32,000 nt of DNA, from positions 7,652 through 39,651 of the forward strand of contig DATKYM010000045.1 in NCBI GenBank assembly GCA_035528495.1. Direction: 5' to 3'. Position 1 is the first letter of the stretch. Every line of letters begins with the position of its first letter. Shown piece by piece: positions 8,388-16,375 of the stretch. The DNA comes from Nitrosopumilaceae archaeon. GTDB lineage: Archaea > Thermoproteota > Nitrososphaeria > Nitrososphaerales > Nitrosopumilaceae. A program made the position numbers and the translations under genes. The notes beneath the pieces are model-generated. The model ran no database searches and was not told the DNA's origin. It saw nothing but the letters and a program-made list of their open reading frames with translations.

Positions 8388-9239
8388 TTAAACCATAATG
8401 TACTTTAAGACTTCATCTACTCGACTTTCAAGTTTTTTCTTTATCGGATCAGGTATTTTTCTAGGATCAAATAATCCCTCTTTAATACCACCCTTGACAA
8501 ATTCTATGTCAAAAGTACACAAACAGCCTTCTTCCCCTGTAACTAATTTAGCATCATCAATTAATACGGTGCTTGTTTGATATGTTTCAATAAGTAAATT
8601 ATCTAATTCTTTTACCAATTCTTTTTTTCTATCGACCATCTGTTGAAAATCTACACCTGATTTTTCTTCAATCTCTTTGTAAATTTTCTCTCTTAATTCA
8701 TTATTTTCAAAGAATATTTCAAATAATTTTTGATGATCAAAATCCTTGTACCCTATCTCTTTTAATCTATCCAAGATAAGTTGATCATTATTATCAGATA
8801 ATTGCTGCTCTTCATTCTTTGTCAAATCAATAATATTTGCTAACTCCTTTTGTGCCTCTACCACTCTTTGATCAGGTCGGTAAAATAACAACACATGGTA
8901 TTGTAATGATAAATGACCTGAAATTAGATAATTACCTTCTTTGATTTCAAATTTTGTAAAAATTCTACGTAGGTCTTCATTATTTGAAATTGATACTTGT
9001 TGAATCGTCCAATCTTTCAAATCTTTTATTAAATTTTCATAAAAACGTCTTACTAATTCAGGATCAAAAGTTTTTTGTTCTGTAATTGTTGCATCTCCGA
9101 GCATCACCTTGGTGTTAACAGGAATAGTTATGTTTTGAATTTGTTCAATGAAACTATTTTGTATATCAGTATTTTTGGTATTTAAAAATTGGATAAATTC
9201 ATTTGGTGATTTAATTCCAAGACGCACAAAAACATCCAA
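8388..9239 (-). CDS. Hypothetical protein (283 aa)
   Basis: Long ORF with ordinary composition, free of opposite-strand genes. No motif recognised. Confidence 0.6.
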   Translation of the reverse strand: MDVFVRLGIKSPNEFIQFLNTKNTDIQNSFIEQIQNITIPVNTKVMLGDATITEQKTFDPELVRRFYENLIKDLKDWTIQQVSISNNEDLRRIFTKFEIKEGNYLISGHLSLQYHVLLFYRPDQRVVEAQKELANIIDLTKNEEQQLSDNNDQLILDRLKEIGYKDFDHQKLFEIFFENNELREKIYKEIEEKSGVDFQQMVDRKKELVKELDNLLIETYQTSTVLIDDAKLVTGEEGCLCTFDIEFVKGGIKEGLFDPRKIPDPIKKKLESRVDEVLKYIMV

Positions 9240-9303
9240 TTTTTATGTTCCTTAAACCTTACACCATGAAATCCTAATAAGTGTAAAACACAGTATAGTA
9301 GAT

Positions 9304-9426
9304 ATGACCGACGATGACATTAGTTGTAATTTCTGCCAATCAAAAATTTTAGTATATTATCATGAACAATATGCTGGAGACCGTGGAAAATGTATCCTTT
9401 GTGGGATTGATTTCCCCTTAGAATAG
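9304..9426 (+). CDS. Unlisted 40-aa CxxC...CxxC zinc-ribbon mini-protein
   Basis: Hand translation: MTDDDISCNFCQSKILVYYHEQYAGDRGKCILCGIDFPLE. ATG 9304-9306, TAG 9424-9426. Lies 28-31 nt upstream of the cyclase gene on the same strand. Confidence 0.45.
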   Translation: MTDDDISCNFCQSKILVYYHEQYAGDRGKCILCGIDFPLE

Positions 9427-9454
9427 GTTCAAAATAGCCCTTATCGGAGATTTA

Positions 9455-10243
9455 TTGATGCCTTCAGATCATTCACCAATTGAAAAAAAAACTCCCGAAG
9501 TCATTGATCCAAGCCTTGATCATAGAGAAGAAAAAGTAGTTGATTCTGAAACAATGATCATGGAAACCCAAAAACGTGTTTGGGGTGCTCTGAAAAAAGG
9601 ATATGAATACACTGGGATAACTAATGAATCTGAACAATTTTTAAGAGAAAATGTTTTTAAAAAAATCAACATAGTGGTGTTGTATGTTGATTTAGTTGGC
9701 TCTACAACTATGACTTTGGAATTACCTCCAGAAAAATTGGCTATTATTATTAGTTCATTTTCTCAAGAAATGGCCTCAGTAATACGTCAACATCAGGGGT
9801 ATGTTTTAAAATTTGTAGGTGATGCTGTAATTGGCTATTTTTATGCCACAGACAACTCCTTACTTTCTTCAGATAAGGCTGTTACCTGTGCAAAATCAAT
9901 GATAACGGTAATTGAAAAGGGAATTAATCCAATTCTAAATCAATATGATTACCCAGATTTAATGGTAAAAATTGGAGTAGATTATGGCCAAAGTATTGTT
10001 GTTCGATACGGATCAAATGAAACGACCTCACATGTAGATTTAATGGGACCTGTGATGAATATTTCTTCAAAAATCCAGAACATGGCAAAACCAAATCAGA
10101 TTCTTATTGGTCAAGATGTATATGAAAGAATACATCCAACAACTCAGAAAAATTTCATAGAAACAAATTGGACTAAAGATGAATGGAAGTTTCGTTCCAG
10201 ATTAACTGGAGATATATACAAAGTATATCAATATGATGGATGA
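9455..10243 (+). CDS. Class III nucleotidyl (adenylate/guanylate) cyclase-domain protein
   Basis: 262 aa. The two metal-binding Asp contexts of the cyclase homology domain are present: VVLYVDLVGSTTM and KFVGDAVIGYF. TTG at 9455, and the ATG at 9458 is the likelier start. ~70-aa N-terminal region without a recognisable sensor. Confidence 0.8.
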   Translation: MMPSDHSPIEKKTPEVIDPSLDHREEKVVDSETMIMETQKRVWGALKKGYEYTGITNESEQFLRENVFKKINIVVLYVDLVGSTTMTLELPPEKLAIIISSFSQEMASVIRQHQGYVLKFVGDAVIGYFYATDNSLLSSDKAVTCAKSMITVIEKGINPILNQYDYPDLMVKIGVDYGQSIVVRYGSNETTSHVDLMGPVMNISSKIQNMAKPNQILIGQDVYERIHPTTQKNFIETNWTKDEWKFRSRLTGDIYKVYQYDG

Positions 10244-10449
10244 TGTTTTCTTTATGCTAAATTAATAGTTTCAAAAATTTTCAATTATTTTAAAAAACTA
10301 TTTTTTGGCAGTAAAAGAATTACATGTTTTAACGTCTATAGATTTTGACACATTCGAACATTTCCAAAAAATTCGATATGATCTAAAGGAAAATTATCGA
10401 TTACTTTTTTTGGATAATTCTTGGCCCTAAAATTACTCAAAAAACTAAA

Positions 10450-10473
10450 TTATTACCGTACCGGTACGGTAAT
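10450..10473. repeat. 24-bp perfect palindrome TATTACCGTACCGGTACGGTAATA
   Basis: Verified by hand to equal its own reverse complement. The GC-rich core (CCGTACCGGTACGG) stands out in an AT-rich intergenic stretch ~200 bp past the cyclase stop. Function unknown. Confidence 0.9.
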
Positions 10474-10500
10474 ACATATCCTTCAAAATATTGTATAGAA

Positions 10501-10623
10501 TTAATTCCAATTGTGAAATACACTGTGGCAATCACACAAACAACCCTTTACACAATCCATTCGTAGGCAGTCTTCACAAGTTTTACTTTTTATGCTTAAC
10601 ATGTTCATTTTATTATTGATCAT
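10501..10623 (-). CDS. Unlisted 40-aa Cys/His-rich micro-ORF (alternative ATG starts at 10608 and 10602)
   Basis: Hand translation: MINNKMNMLSIKSKTCEDCLRMDCVKGCLCDCHSVFHNWN. Seven Cys and two His in the last 27 residues. In-frame TAA upstream at 10636-10638. Confidence 0.4.
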   Translation of the reverse strand: MINNKMNMLSIKSKTCEDCLRMDCVKGCLCDCHSVFHNWN

Positions 10624-11521
10624 GATGTTAAAGCATTATGAATTAACTAACCTAGATCAGGTATTCCATATCTGATTTAAGCAAGTTAAAATTTTAAAAA
10701 TAAAAAATTGAATTATTGGGGGTTAGAATACCCTCTTGTTGAAAAACTAATGACTCTATAAGGAATAACTATCGAAATTTTTTACATATGGTATGGGGAA
10801 TTCTTTTTTCAAATAATGAGTTAAAACCAGTAATTATTTTAATTGTGTTTAATGAAGATCTTTTCCTTAATTTAATTGAAAAACAATTTCGTTACAAATA
10901 CAAGGAATGAAAATAATGTAAAATAAATATTAATAATTTCAAAAATTAACTCCCAATATTAAAAACAAATTTTGACATTCTAAATATATGGATTAAATTA
11001 GAGGTAAATTCTTTTCTACAAATTTTAAATCAGTTTGAACAAACATTCAAAGTTTGGCAATCCTGCGCATTTTTTCATTCTACAACGATTCCTTAACAAA
11101 TTAATTAATTAAATTTTGTAACTGATAATAAAAGATCGATATTGAAACCAATTATAATATAATAATCACTGAGATGTTAAATTTTATTTTTCTAAATTTA
11201 AAATCCTTGTCATTAAATTACTTGCCTCGCAAATACGATCATAAATAATTCATAATATCAAAAAGATATCCAAAAAAGGATGATTTAAAAACTCTTATAG
11301 TTGTTTCTTCATGATGTGAGTTTTTATAATCATGTTTAAAGTATTTTTGATTAATGGATCCAAAATACCTATTCACTTTACCATTACATGATGTCAAAAG
11401 AAAAATTTTAATTTACTTGGATATTGAATTATTGGTTTTAATCGCACTCTGATCTCTTTTCTTTAAAATAAGTCCCATTAAATTTAATTGATCATGATTA
11501 AAAACTGATTGTTCTTGATTG

Positions 11522-11668
11522 TTAGATAGTAAATTTGTCTGGACATTCTACATGTTCGTAATGGTGTTCTGAAAATTTTTCTTGAACAACATAAATTACA
11601 ATTTTGTGCAATTCTTCCCCCTTGATCTTTTTGTTGCATTTAAGACATATTTTATTTGAATTTGTCAT
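11522..11668 (-). CDS. Unlisted 48-aa micro-ORF with N-terminal CxxC
   Basis: Hand translation: MTNSNKICLKCNKKIKGEELHKIVIYVVQEKFSEHHYEHVECPDKFTI. An overlapping 51-aa ORF in another frame (11484-11639) means coding status and frame are uncertain. Confidence 0.3.
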   Translation of the reverse strand: MTNSNKICLKCNKKIKGEELHKIVIYVVQEKFSEHHYEHVECPDKFTI

Positions 11669-11805
11669 TCGTAATTGCGATCTAAAATTCTAATCTATAA
11701 GGATCTACGATTAGCTCAATTTGAGTAAAACGAACTCATGTTATACTTTTTAGTATATCAAACGCCTAAAGCAAGGCAAAAATATGGTATAAAATCACGA
11801 TAAAT

Positions 11806-12174
11806 ATGGATGGAGAAGTATTAAATCAATTAAAAAATCTTTATGACTTAAACAATGATATTCCTCACAGAGCATTTCAATTTCCGCGATTACCTCCAGG
11901 CATAAACCCCCCGATGTTTAAAATTTTTGAAAATCCAATGAAAGAAAAATTTCTACAAAACGCATCAAATCTTAATAAAACGTTGGATGGTTTTCAAAGA
12001 ATGTATCATCATCATGTATCTGGATTAACAAGCATGAATGCATCAGGGATAATACCCCCAGGACATCCATTATATTCTGAAAAAAATTCGATTCAAATTT
12101 TAAAAACAAGAAACGATCAATTGTTAAAACAAAATCTTGAATTAAAAAAAAAATTAGACAAAAAACAATCCTAA
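11806..12174 (+). CDS. Hypothetical protein (122 aa) with C-terminal coiled-coil-like tail
   Basis: ORF-track entry. Pro-rich N-terminal half, then NDQLLKQNLELKKKLDKK at the C-terminus. No family recognised. Confidence 0.55.
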   Translation: MDGEVLNQLKNLYDLNNDIPHRAFQFPRLPPGINPPMFKIFENPMKEKFLQNASNLNKTLDGFQRMYHHHVSGLTSMNASGIIPPGHPLYSEKNSIQILKTRNDQLLKQNLELKKKLDKKQS

Positions 12175-12249
12175 CTTGATTATCCTTTTTGATTTCAAAA
12201 TTTCTCAACCTAGTACGAATCCTTATTAATTTCAAAATTAACTTGCCTT

Positions 12250-12636
12250 ATGGTAAAAACTCCTGCTGAAAAGTGGAAAGATCTAGTTGTAAATTACAGA
12301 AAAAAATGCCAAAAAATTATTCAAATCTCCTCAAGTGTTAGATATACTGGAGTGATTAACGCATATGGGAGAACAATAACAGGGATTGTAAGATCCGATT
12401 TAAAACCTCTGTTGAAATCAGAGCAGGTAAAAAATGAGTTTTTCATACTTTCAACTTTAATGAATTTAAGGAAAGATTCTGATAATTCTATAGGAAAATT
12501 AAATCATGTTTTACTTCAGCATCAAAAAGTATCTATCATTATTTTCCAAAAAAATAATATGACTTTTTATATTTCAATTGATGCAAAAGAAAAAAACATC
12601 AATTCAATTATTTCAAAAATTAAAAAATTAATTTAA
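12250..12636 (+). CDS. Hypothetical protein (128 aa); size and pattern loosely reminiscent of Roadblock/LC7-type small regulators (unverified)
   Basis: ORF-track entry. The alternating beta/alpha-looking pattern is an impression only. Confidence 0.55.
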   Translation: MVKTPAEKWKDLVVNYRKKCQKIIQISSSVRYTGVINAYGRTITGIVRSDLKPLLKSEQVKNEFFILSTLMNLRKDSDNSIGKLNHVLLQHQKVSIIIFQKNNMTFYISIDAKEKNINSIISKIKKLI

Positions 12637-13046
12637 GCGGGAGTAAAACCGTGATATCCGCCGGTCTGTTGGTTTTTATCGCTGAATATGGGTTCAAATA
12701 GGGATATTAGATATCCGTCAGGATCTTGGATCACTGCATTCTTTCCTGCCTCGCGTTCCACAATTTCACGATAAATTGTAACGCCTTTGCTTCTTAATTC
12801 ATCTACGGAGGATTGAACATCTCCAACTAGAAATCCTACTGTGATTCCGTTGTCGATTGAGCTCCCAATATGTTCTGCTGTTAATGAAGCAGGGTGTAGA
12901 CTAAGTAAGGCACCAGAGGTTCCTAAATCCACCCACGATCGTCTTTGATTCTTAATTGGAAGTCCAATTAATTCATGGTAAAAAGAAATTGATCTATCAA
13001 TATCTTTTACAGCCAAAATTACGTTTCCAACCTTTTTGACATTCAC
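12633..13046 (-). CDS. VOC-family (glyoxalase/bleomycin-resistance/dioxygenase fold) protein
   Basis: 137 aa. N-terminal VGNVILAVKDIDRSISFYHELIGL and C-terminal DPDGYLISLFEP are typical VOC module edges. Confidence 0.85.
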   Translation of the reverse strand: MNVKKVGNVILAVKDIDRSISFYHELIGLPIKNQRRSWVDLGTSGALLSLHPASLTAEHIGSSIDNGITVGFLVGDVQSSVDELRSKGVTIYREIVEREAGKNAVIQDPDGYLISLFEPIFSDKNQQTGGYHGFTPA

Positions 13047-13081
13047 GATAATCTCTTCGCAGTCGTACGTTAAATTCTTTT

Positions 13082-13300
13082 TTATTGGACTTCAACCATG
13101 GTCTCTGTCCTATCTACTCCACTAATTTTTTGAATTTGAGTGGCAATATCCTTAATTTGTCCTAATTCGTCAACCTCAATAATTGCCACTGCATCAAATT
13201 GCCCACTTGTTGGAAAGGAATCACGTACACAATTGACTTTTCGTAGCCTTGCAGCTATCAATTTTTTAGGTGATTTTACTAAAATAATCGCTCTTACCAA
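13082..13300 (-). CDS. Stand-alone Lrp/AsnC ligand-binding (RAM) domain protein, no HTH
   Basis: 72 aa. The pattern AIILVK....V.......G.FD......VD....I.....I.KI.GV..TET is the RAM/ACT-like C-terminal domain of Lrp/AsnC proteins. Confidence 0.7.
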   Translation of the reverse strand: MVRAIILVKSPKKLIAARLRKVNCVRDSFPTSGQFDAVAIIEVDELGQIKDIATQIQKISGVDRTETMVEVQ

Positions 13301-13533
13301 CCCAAATCTACCTCCACTTCAATCAATGTTTCAGTTGTAACAATATCTTTAATTTTTTTAAGATCTATCACCATTTGATTAATTTCATCCATTGTACCAC
13401 GCATTATCGCACTAATGTCTGCTCGGCCTGCTACTACCATCACATCTTTGATGATTTTTCTTTTTTTCTTTAAAATTAGAACTACTGCGTCAACCTTTCC
13501 AGGTTTAACGGTAATTAGGCACAATGCTCTCAT
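13294..13533 (-). CDS. Stand-alone Lrp/AsnC ligand-binding (RAM) domain protein, no HTH
   Basis: 79 aa, paralogous layout (ALCLITVKPGK...VAGRADI....G.......I..LKKIKDIVTTETL). Overlaps the downstream paralogue by 7 nt. Confidence 0.7.
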   Translation of the reverse strand: MRALCLITVKPGKVDAVVLILKKKRKIIKDVMVVAGRADISAIMRGTMDEINQMVIDLKKIKDIVTTETLIEVEVDLGW

Positions 13534-13569
13534 GTATTAGTATGTGAATTAGGATCGGATAAAGATTTC

Positions 13570-13776
13570 TTAGTCTGAGGCTTCTTGGGATCTTGCTTCT
13601 TCAAGATAAGCTCTTCTTTCTTCATTAATTTTCTCTTGATCGATCGTGAGATCATCATCAATTATTGCTATGCCATCACCATAATCTTCATTTATCTCGT
13701 TTTTACCTTTAGTTTTCCCTTTTGTTTTCTGTGTTTTTACCTTTGATGATTTTTTTGCAATTTTTTTTCCTGCCAT
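13570..13776 (-). CDS. Hypothetical small bipolar protein (Lys-rich N-terminus, acidic C-terminus)
   Basis: 68 aa: MAGKKIAKKSSKVKTQKTKGKTKGK then an acidic tail. A TTTATAAA box lies about 28 nt upstream of the ATG on the minus strand. Confidence 0.5.
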   Translation of the reverse strand: MAGKKIAKKSSKVKTQKTKGKTKGKNEINEDYGDGIAIIDDDLTIDQEKINEERRAYLEEARSQEASD

Positions 13777-13844
13777 TAATGTCGAAATCCTAGAGGTGGC
13801 CTTGTTTATAAAAATTATGAAGCATAGATATTTTAGAAGAAAAG

Positions 13845-13918
13845 TGCCAGGGGCGAGATTTGAACGCGCGACAGCCCGGTCTTCAGCCGAGTGCTCTCCC
13901 AGGCTGAGCTACCCTGGC
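13845..13918 (-). tRNA. tRNA-Phe: tRNA-Phe (anticodon GAA)
   Basis: Minus strand reads GCCAGGG TA GCTC AGCCTGGGA GAGC A CTCGG CTGAAGA CCGGG CTGTC GCGCG TTCAAAT CTCGC CCCTGGC A, 74 nt. Full cloverleaf with U33, purine 37 and a GTTCAAATC T-loop. One C:U mismatch in the T-stem (52:62). CCA not encoded. Confidence 0.9.
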
Positions 13919-13960
13919 ACATTAAAAATTCTTTTTGATGCAAAATTAAAGTTTGTCTTT

Positions 13961-14497
13961 TTATCCTTTCCAGATATTTTCTTTTTTTCCTTTTCTTTTG
14001 TTAATTACACGCCCTAAAACAAACAAAAGATCAGATAGTCTATTGATGTATTTAACACAGTTTTCGTTGATCTGTTCTTGTTCCATTAATGATACTAGGC
14101 AAGTCTCAGATCTCCTTACAATTGTTCTAGTAAAATGCACTTGTGAGGCTGATATATCTCCGCCAGGCAAAATAAAATTAGTTAATGGAGCCAGCTCCGT
14201 TTCAAAATTATCAATTGTATTTTCAATCCTAGTTATCATAGAAGAAGTAACCCTGTTTCGTATTTGGAGCAAATCTGGGTTAGACAGGTCCGCTCCAGCT
14301 ATAAACAAATCATTTTGAATTTGTGTGAAAACTTCTTCTATATCGGAGTCCAACTTATTAGTCAAAACTATACCTAATGATGCATTCACTTCATCTATTG
14401 TTCCATATGCAATAATCCTAGAGTTGGATTTTGCTAGGCGTAAACCGCCTTGGAGGCCAGTTGTACCATCATCACCAGTTTTAGTATATATTTTCAA
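13961..14497 (-). CDS. ATP:cob(I)alamin adenosyltransferase, PduO/MMAB type
   Basis: 178 aa. The N-terminal IYTKTGDDGTTGL motif and helical-bundle length are typical of PduO-type adenosyltransferases. Confidence 0.9.
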   Translation of the reverse strand: MKIYTKTGDDGTTGLQGGLRLAKSNSRIIAYGTIDEVNASLGIVLTNKLDSDIEEVFTQIQNDLFIAGADLSNPDLLQIRNRVTSSMITRIENTIDNFETELAPLTNFILPGGDISASQVHFTRTIVRRSETCLVSLMEQEQINENCVKYINRLSDLLFVLGRVINKRKGKKENIWKG

Positions 14498-14507
14498 GAC
14501 TTTTTGT

Positions 14508-15116
14508 ATGGGCGTTTTACTATTATGTTATTCTAATACACTCCATCTAGAAAAATTGATTAATCATATCTATATTAAAAAAACAATCTTGATTTTAGAT
14601 TTTTTATACATTGCAGCCAATCTCAAAATAATTTCAAGGCAAGGTTGGATTGATAAACTCTCTATAGTGAATCCAGAGTCAGTGGCAGATCATACATTCT
14701 CCATGGCAATTATCGGAATGATTTTGTCTGACTCTCAAAATTATAATACTAATAAAATTCTAAAAATGATCCTACTTCATGATTTGGCTGAATCTATTAC
14801 AGGGGATTTTACACCGGAACAAAAATCTAAAAAAGATAAAATAATTTTAGAAAATAAAGCCATGAAAGAAATTTTAAAAAATTTACCTAAAACTCTTCAA
14901 AAACAATATCTTTTAATTTGGAATGAATATCAAACGAATGAAACAAACGATGCAAATTTTGTTCATCAGATAGATAAATTTGAAATGGCATTACAGGCAA
15001 AAATATATTCAAAACAGAATAGATCTTCTAAAGATTTCACTACTTTTTTTGATTCCGCAAAAAAAGAAATCAAGCACCCTGATATTTTAAATCTGTTTAA
15101 TCAGCTAAATAATTAA
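14508..15116 (+). CDS. HD-domain phosphohydrolase (YfbR-like 5'-nucleotidase type)
   Basis: SRQGW...ESVADHTFSMA...LLHDLAESITGD...HQIDKFEM motifs. The track ORF (from 14325) overlaps the adenosyltransferase gene in antisense. I trimmed it to the ATG at 14508, which has a TATA-like TAGTATATATTT ~20 nt upstream. TTG at 14588 is another possible start. Confidence 0.8.
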   Translation: MGVLLLCYSNTLHLEKLINHIYIKKTILILDFLYIAANLKIISRQGWIDKLSIVNPESVADHTFSMAIIGMILSDSQNYNTNKILKMILLHDLAESITGDFTPEQKSKKDKIILENKAMKEILKNLPKTLQKQYLLIWNEYQTNETNDANFVHQIDKFEMALQAKIYSKQNRSSKDFTTFFDSAKKEIKHPDILNLFNQLNN

Positions 15117-15121
15117 GAGAC

Positions 15122-15355
15122 ATGTCTGAAACTCAAAAAGATGAATTAATTGAAGCACAAAAACAAGTAATAGGAATACTTTTTGAAGTAATTAAAAGAC
15201 TACAAGCAAATAATGACTTGGATGAAGAATATTTTAAATTGATTTCAAGCCAGGAAAAAACCAAACAGAATACAACAAGATTGGAGAATATTTTAAAAGA
15301 GAGAACAGAAAACGCAAAAATTGTTGGAAGGTTATTAGAAAAACTGGACGATTAA
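15122..15355 (+). CDS. Hypothetical small helical protein (77 aa)
   Basis: ORF-track entry 5 nt after the HD gene. Charged, coiled-coil-like. Confidence 0.5.
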   Translation: MSETQKDELIEAQKQVIGILFEVIKRLQANNDLDEEYFKLISSQEKTKQNTTRLENILKERTENAKIVGRLLEKLDD

Positions 15356-15651
15356 TCTTCGCAATCACAATCATCGTCTGAAATAATTTTTAGTTTTAGT
15401 GTTTGTTGAAATTTATTTTGAACATAATGGGCCAAATTTATAATTCTAATTCTGATTTCTTTATTTTTCCAACTTCCTTCATTTTGAAACCATGATTCAA
15501 TATCATCTAAATCGTATCGCTCACCCTCTTCAATTATTGTTTTAAAAATAGATTTAATTTGCTCAATCTCATATTCTTTTAAACTATTTTTATCTTCTAT
15601 CATTGTGGTTATTTCATTTAATTTTAAAATTACATTATTTGTTAAGGGCAT
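15352..15651 (-). CDS. Hypothetical acidic protein (99 aa) ending in DDDCDCED
   Basis: ORF-track entry. Convergent with the previous gene, the two stops sharing the TTAA at 15352-15355. Confidence 0.5.
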   Translation of the reverse strand: MPLTNNVILKLNEITTMIEDKNSLKEYEIEQIKSIFKTIIEEGERYDLDDIESWFQNEGSWKNKEIRIRIINLAHYVQNKFQQTLKLKIISDDDCDCED

Positions 15652-15960
15652 TATTTTTCTTACTTGTAAAATAAATAATCTTGCTATCTAAACTTATTCT
15701 TATTTAGAGTAAATCCTTGACTGTATTTTGTTTTAGAAACTATCTAAAAAAAAATTAAATTTATTTTTAAAATTACTTGTCAGATCTTTTTGAATTTTTT
15801 AATTTTAGAAATTCATTCTACTAGAACTAAATTAGATTTTTTAGTTTGAATTGTGAAAAAAAGATGTAAAATTACCACGTTTTGTTTTTTCTTTTGATTA
15901 AATTTGATCAAATTTCCATTAAAAAGATCGTTTTTATATTATTTTGAAATTTAAGAATCT

Positions 15961-16308
15961 GTGCAGTATTTTCAAGCATTAAAGTTGGGTCAGAAAAGGG
16001 TTGCATTGGCCCGCGAATATCTAAATAAAATCACAGATGGCAAAGCTATGCCTGCTTTGGCCCTAAGGGATAACAAAACCAATGTTTGGGATCCTGTAGG
16101 TGAAGAAATTTTATACTCATTTGTAGACGAAAGTGCGGGTTTTGTGTTGACAGATACAAGTGGCTACATTCTAGCCATAGTTGATAGAAATGGTATTTCC
16201 AAATCAATTGTACAAGGTGTTACTCAGGTTCAAAGGGAACAGTTTGAAACAATTTTTCACTCAGATAATGTAAAAGAATTCAAAGGTAAGGTAATTTTAC
16301 CTGTATAG
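15961..16308 (+). CDS. Hypothetical protein (115 aa, GTG start in the track)
   Basis: ORF-track entry preceded by a 309-bp AT-rich intergenic region. No motif recognised. Confidence 0.5.
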   Translation: MQYFQALKLGQKRVALAREYLNKITDGKAMPALALRDNKTNVWDPVGEEILYSFVDESAGFVLTDTSGYILAIVDRNGISKSIVQGVTQVQREQFETIFHSDNVKEFKGKVILPV

Positions 16309-16375
16309 ATTAATTAACAAAAACTGTGCTTAAATTCATGCCCAAACCTTTTTGAAGGAATGTCCATGAATTTAT

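Noticed and set aside
728-8580. Track ORFs antisense to strong genes in the left half: 728-925(+), 1317-1550(+), 3560-3799(+), 4567-4818(+), 4775-5065(+), 7192-7605(+), 8398-8580(+).
   Set aside because: Each lies wholly inside, and opposite to, a longer ORF with clear family motifs. Their translations are low-complexity or odd in composition. In AT-rich genomes such shadow ORFs are expected.
11385-11452. Possible C/D-box sRNA (ATGATGT ... CTGA about 60 nt apart).
   Set aside because: The C box is imperfect, there are no internal D'/C' boxes and no terminal stem. The match is at chance level in AT-rich DNA.
10700-11630. Replication-origin hypothesis for the AT-rich island. G5 runs at ~10718 and ~11617 in inverted orientation (GGGGGTTAGAAT versus GGGGGAAGAAT) would flank a possible unwinding element.
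   Set aside because: There are only two weakly similar elements, no orc1/cdc6 gene in the window and no clear repeated ORB-length motif. A genome-wide GC-skew or marker-frequency analysis would be needed to revive the idea.
13845-13918. tRNA-Phe as an integration hotspot marking a genomic island.
   Set aside because: No integrase, no direct repeat of the tRNA 3' end that I could spot, and the flanking genes are ordinary small or housekeeping genes.
11972-14318. Track ORFs 11972-12235(-), 13140-13340(+), 13796-14017(+) and 13953-14318(+).
   Set aside because: They are antisense to better-supported genes or run straight through tRNA-Phe (13796-14017). None has a motif.
14325-14507. The 61-residue N-terminal extension of the HD-hydrolase ORF.
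   Set aside because: It overlaps the adenosyltransferase gene on the opposite strand and precedes the region where YfbR-like HD proteins begin. A later start (14508 or 14588) is more plausible.
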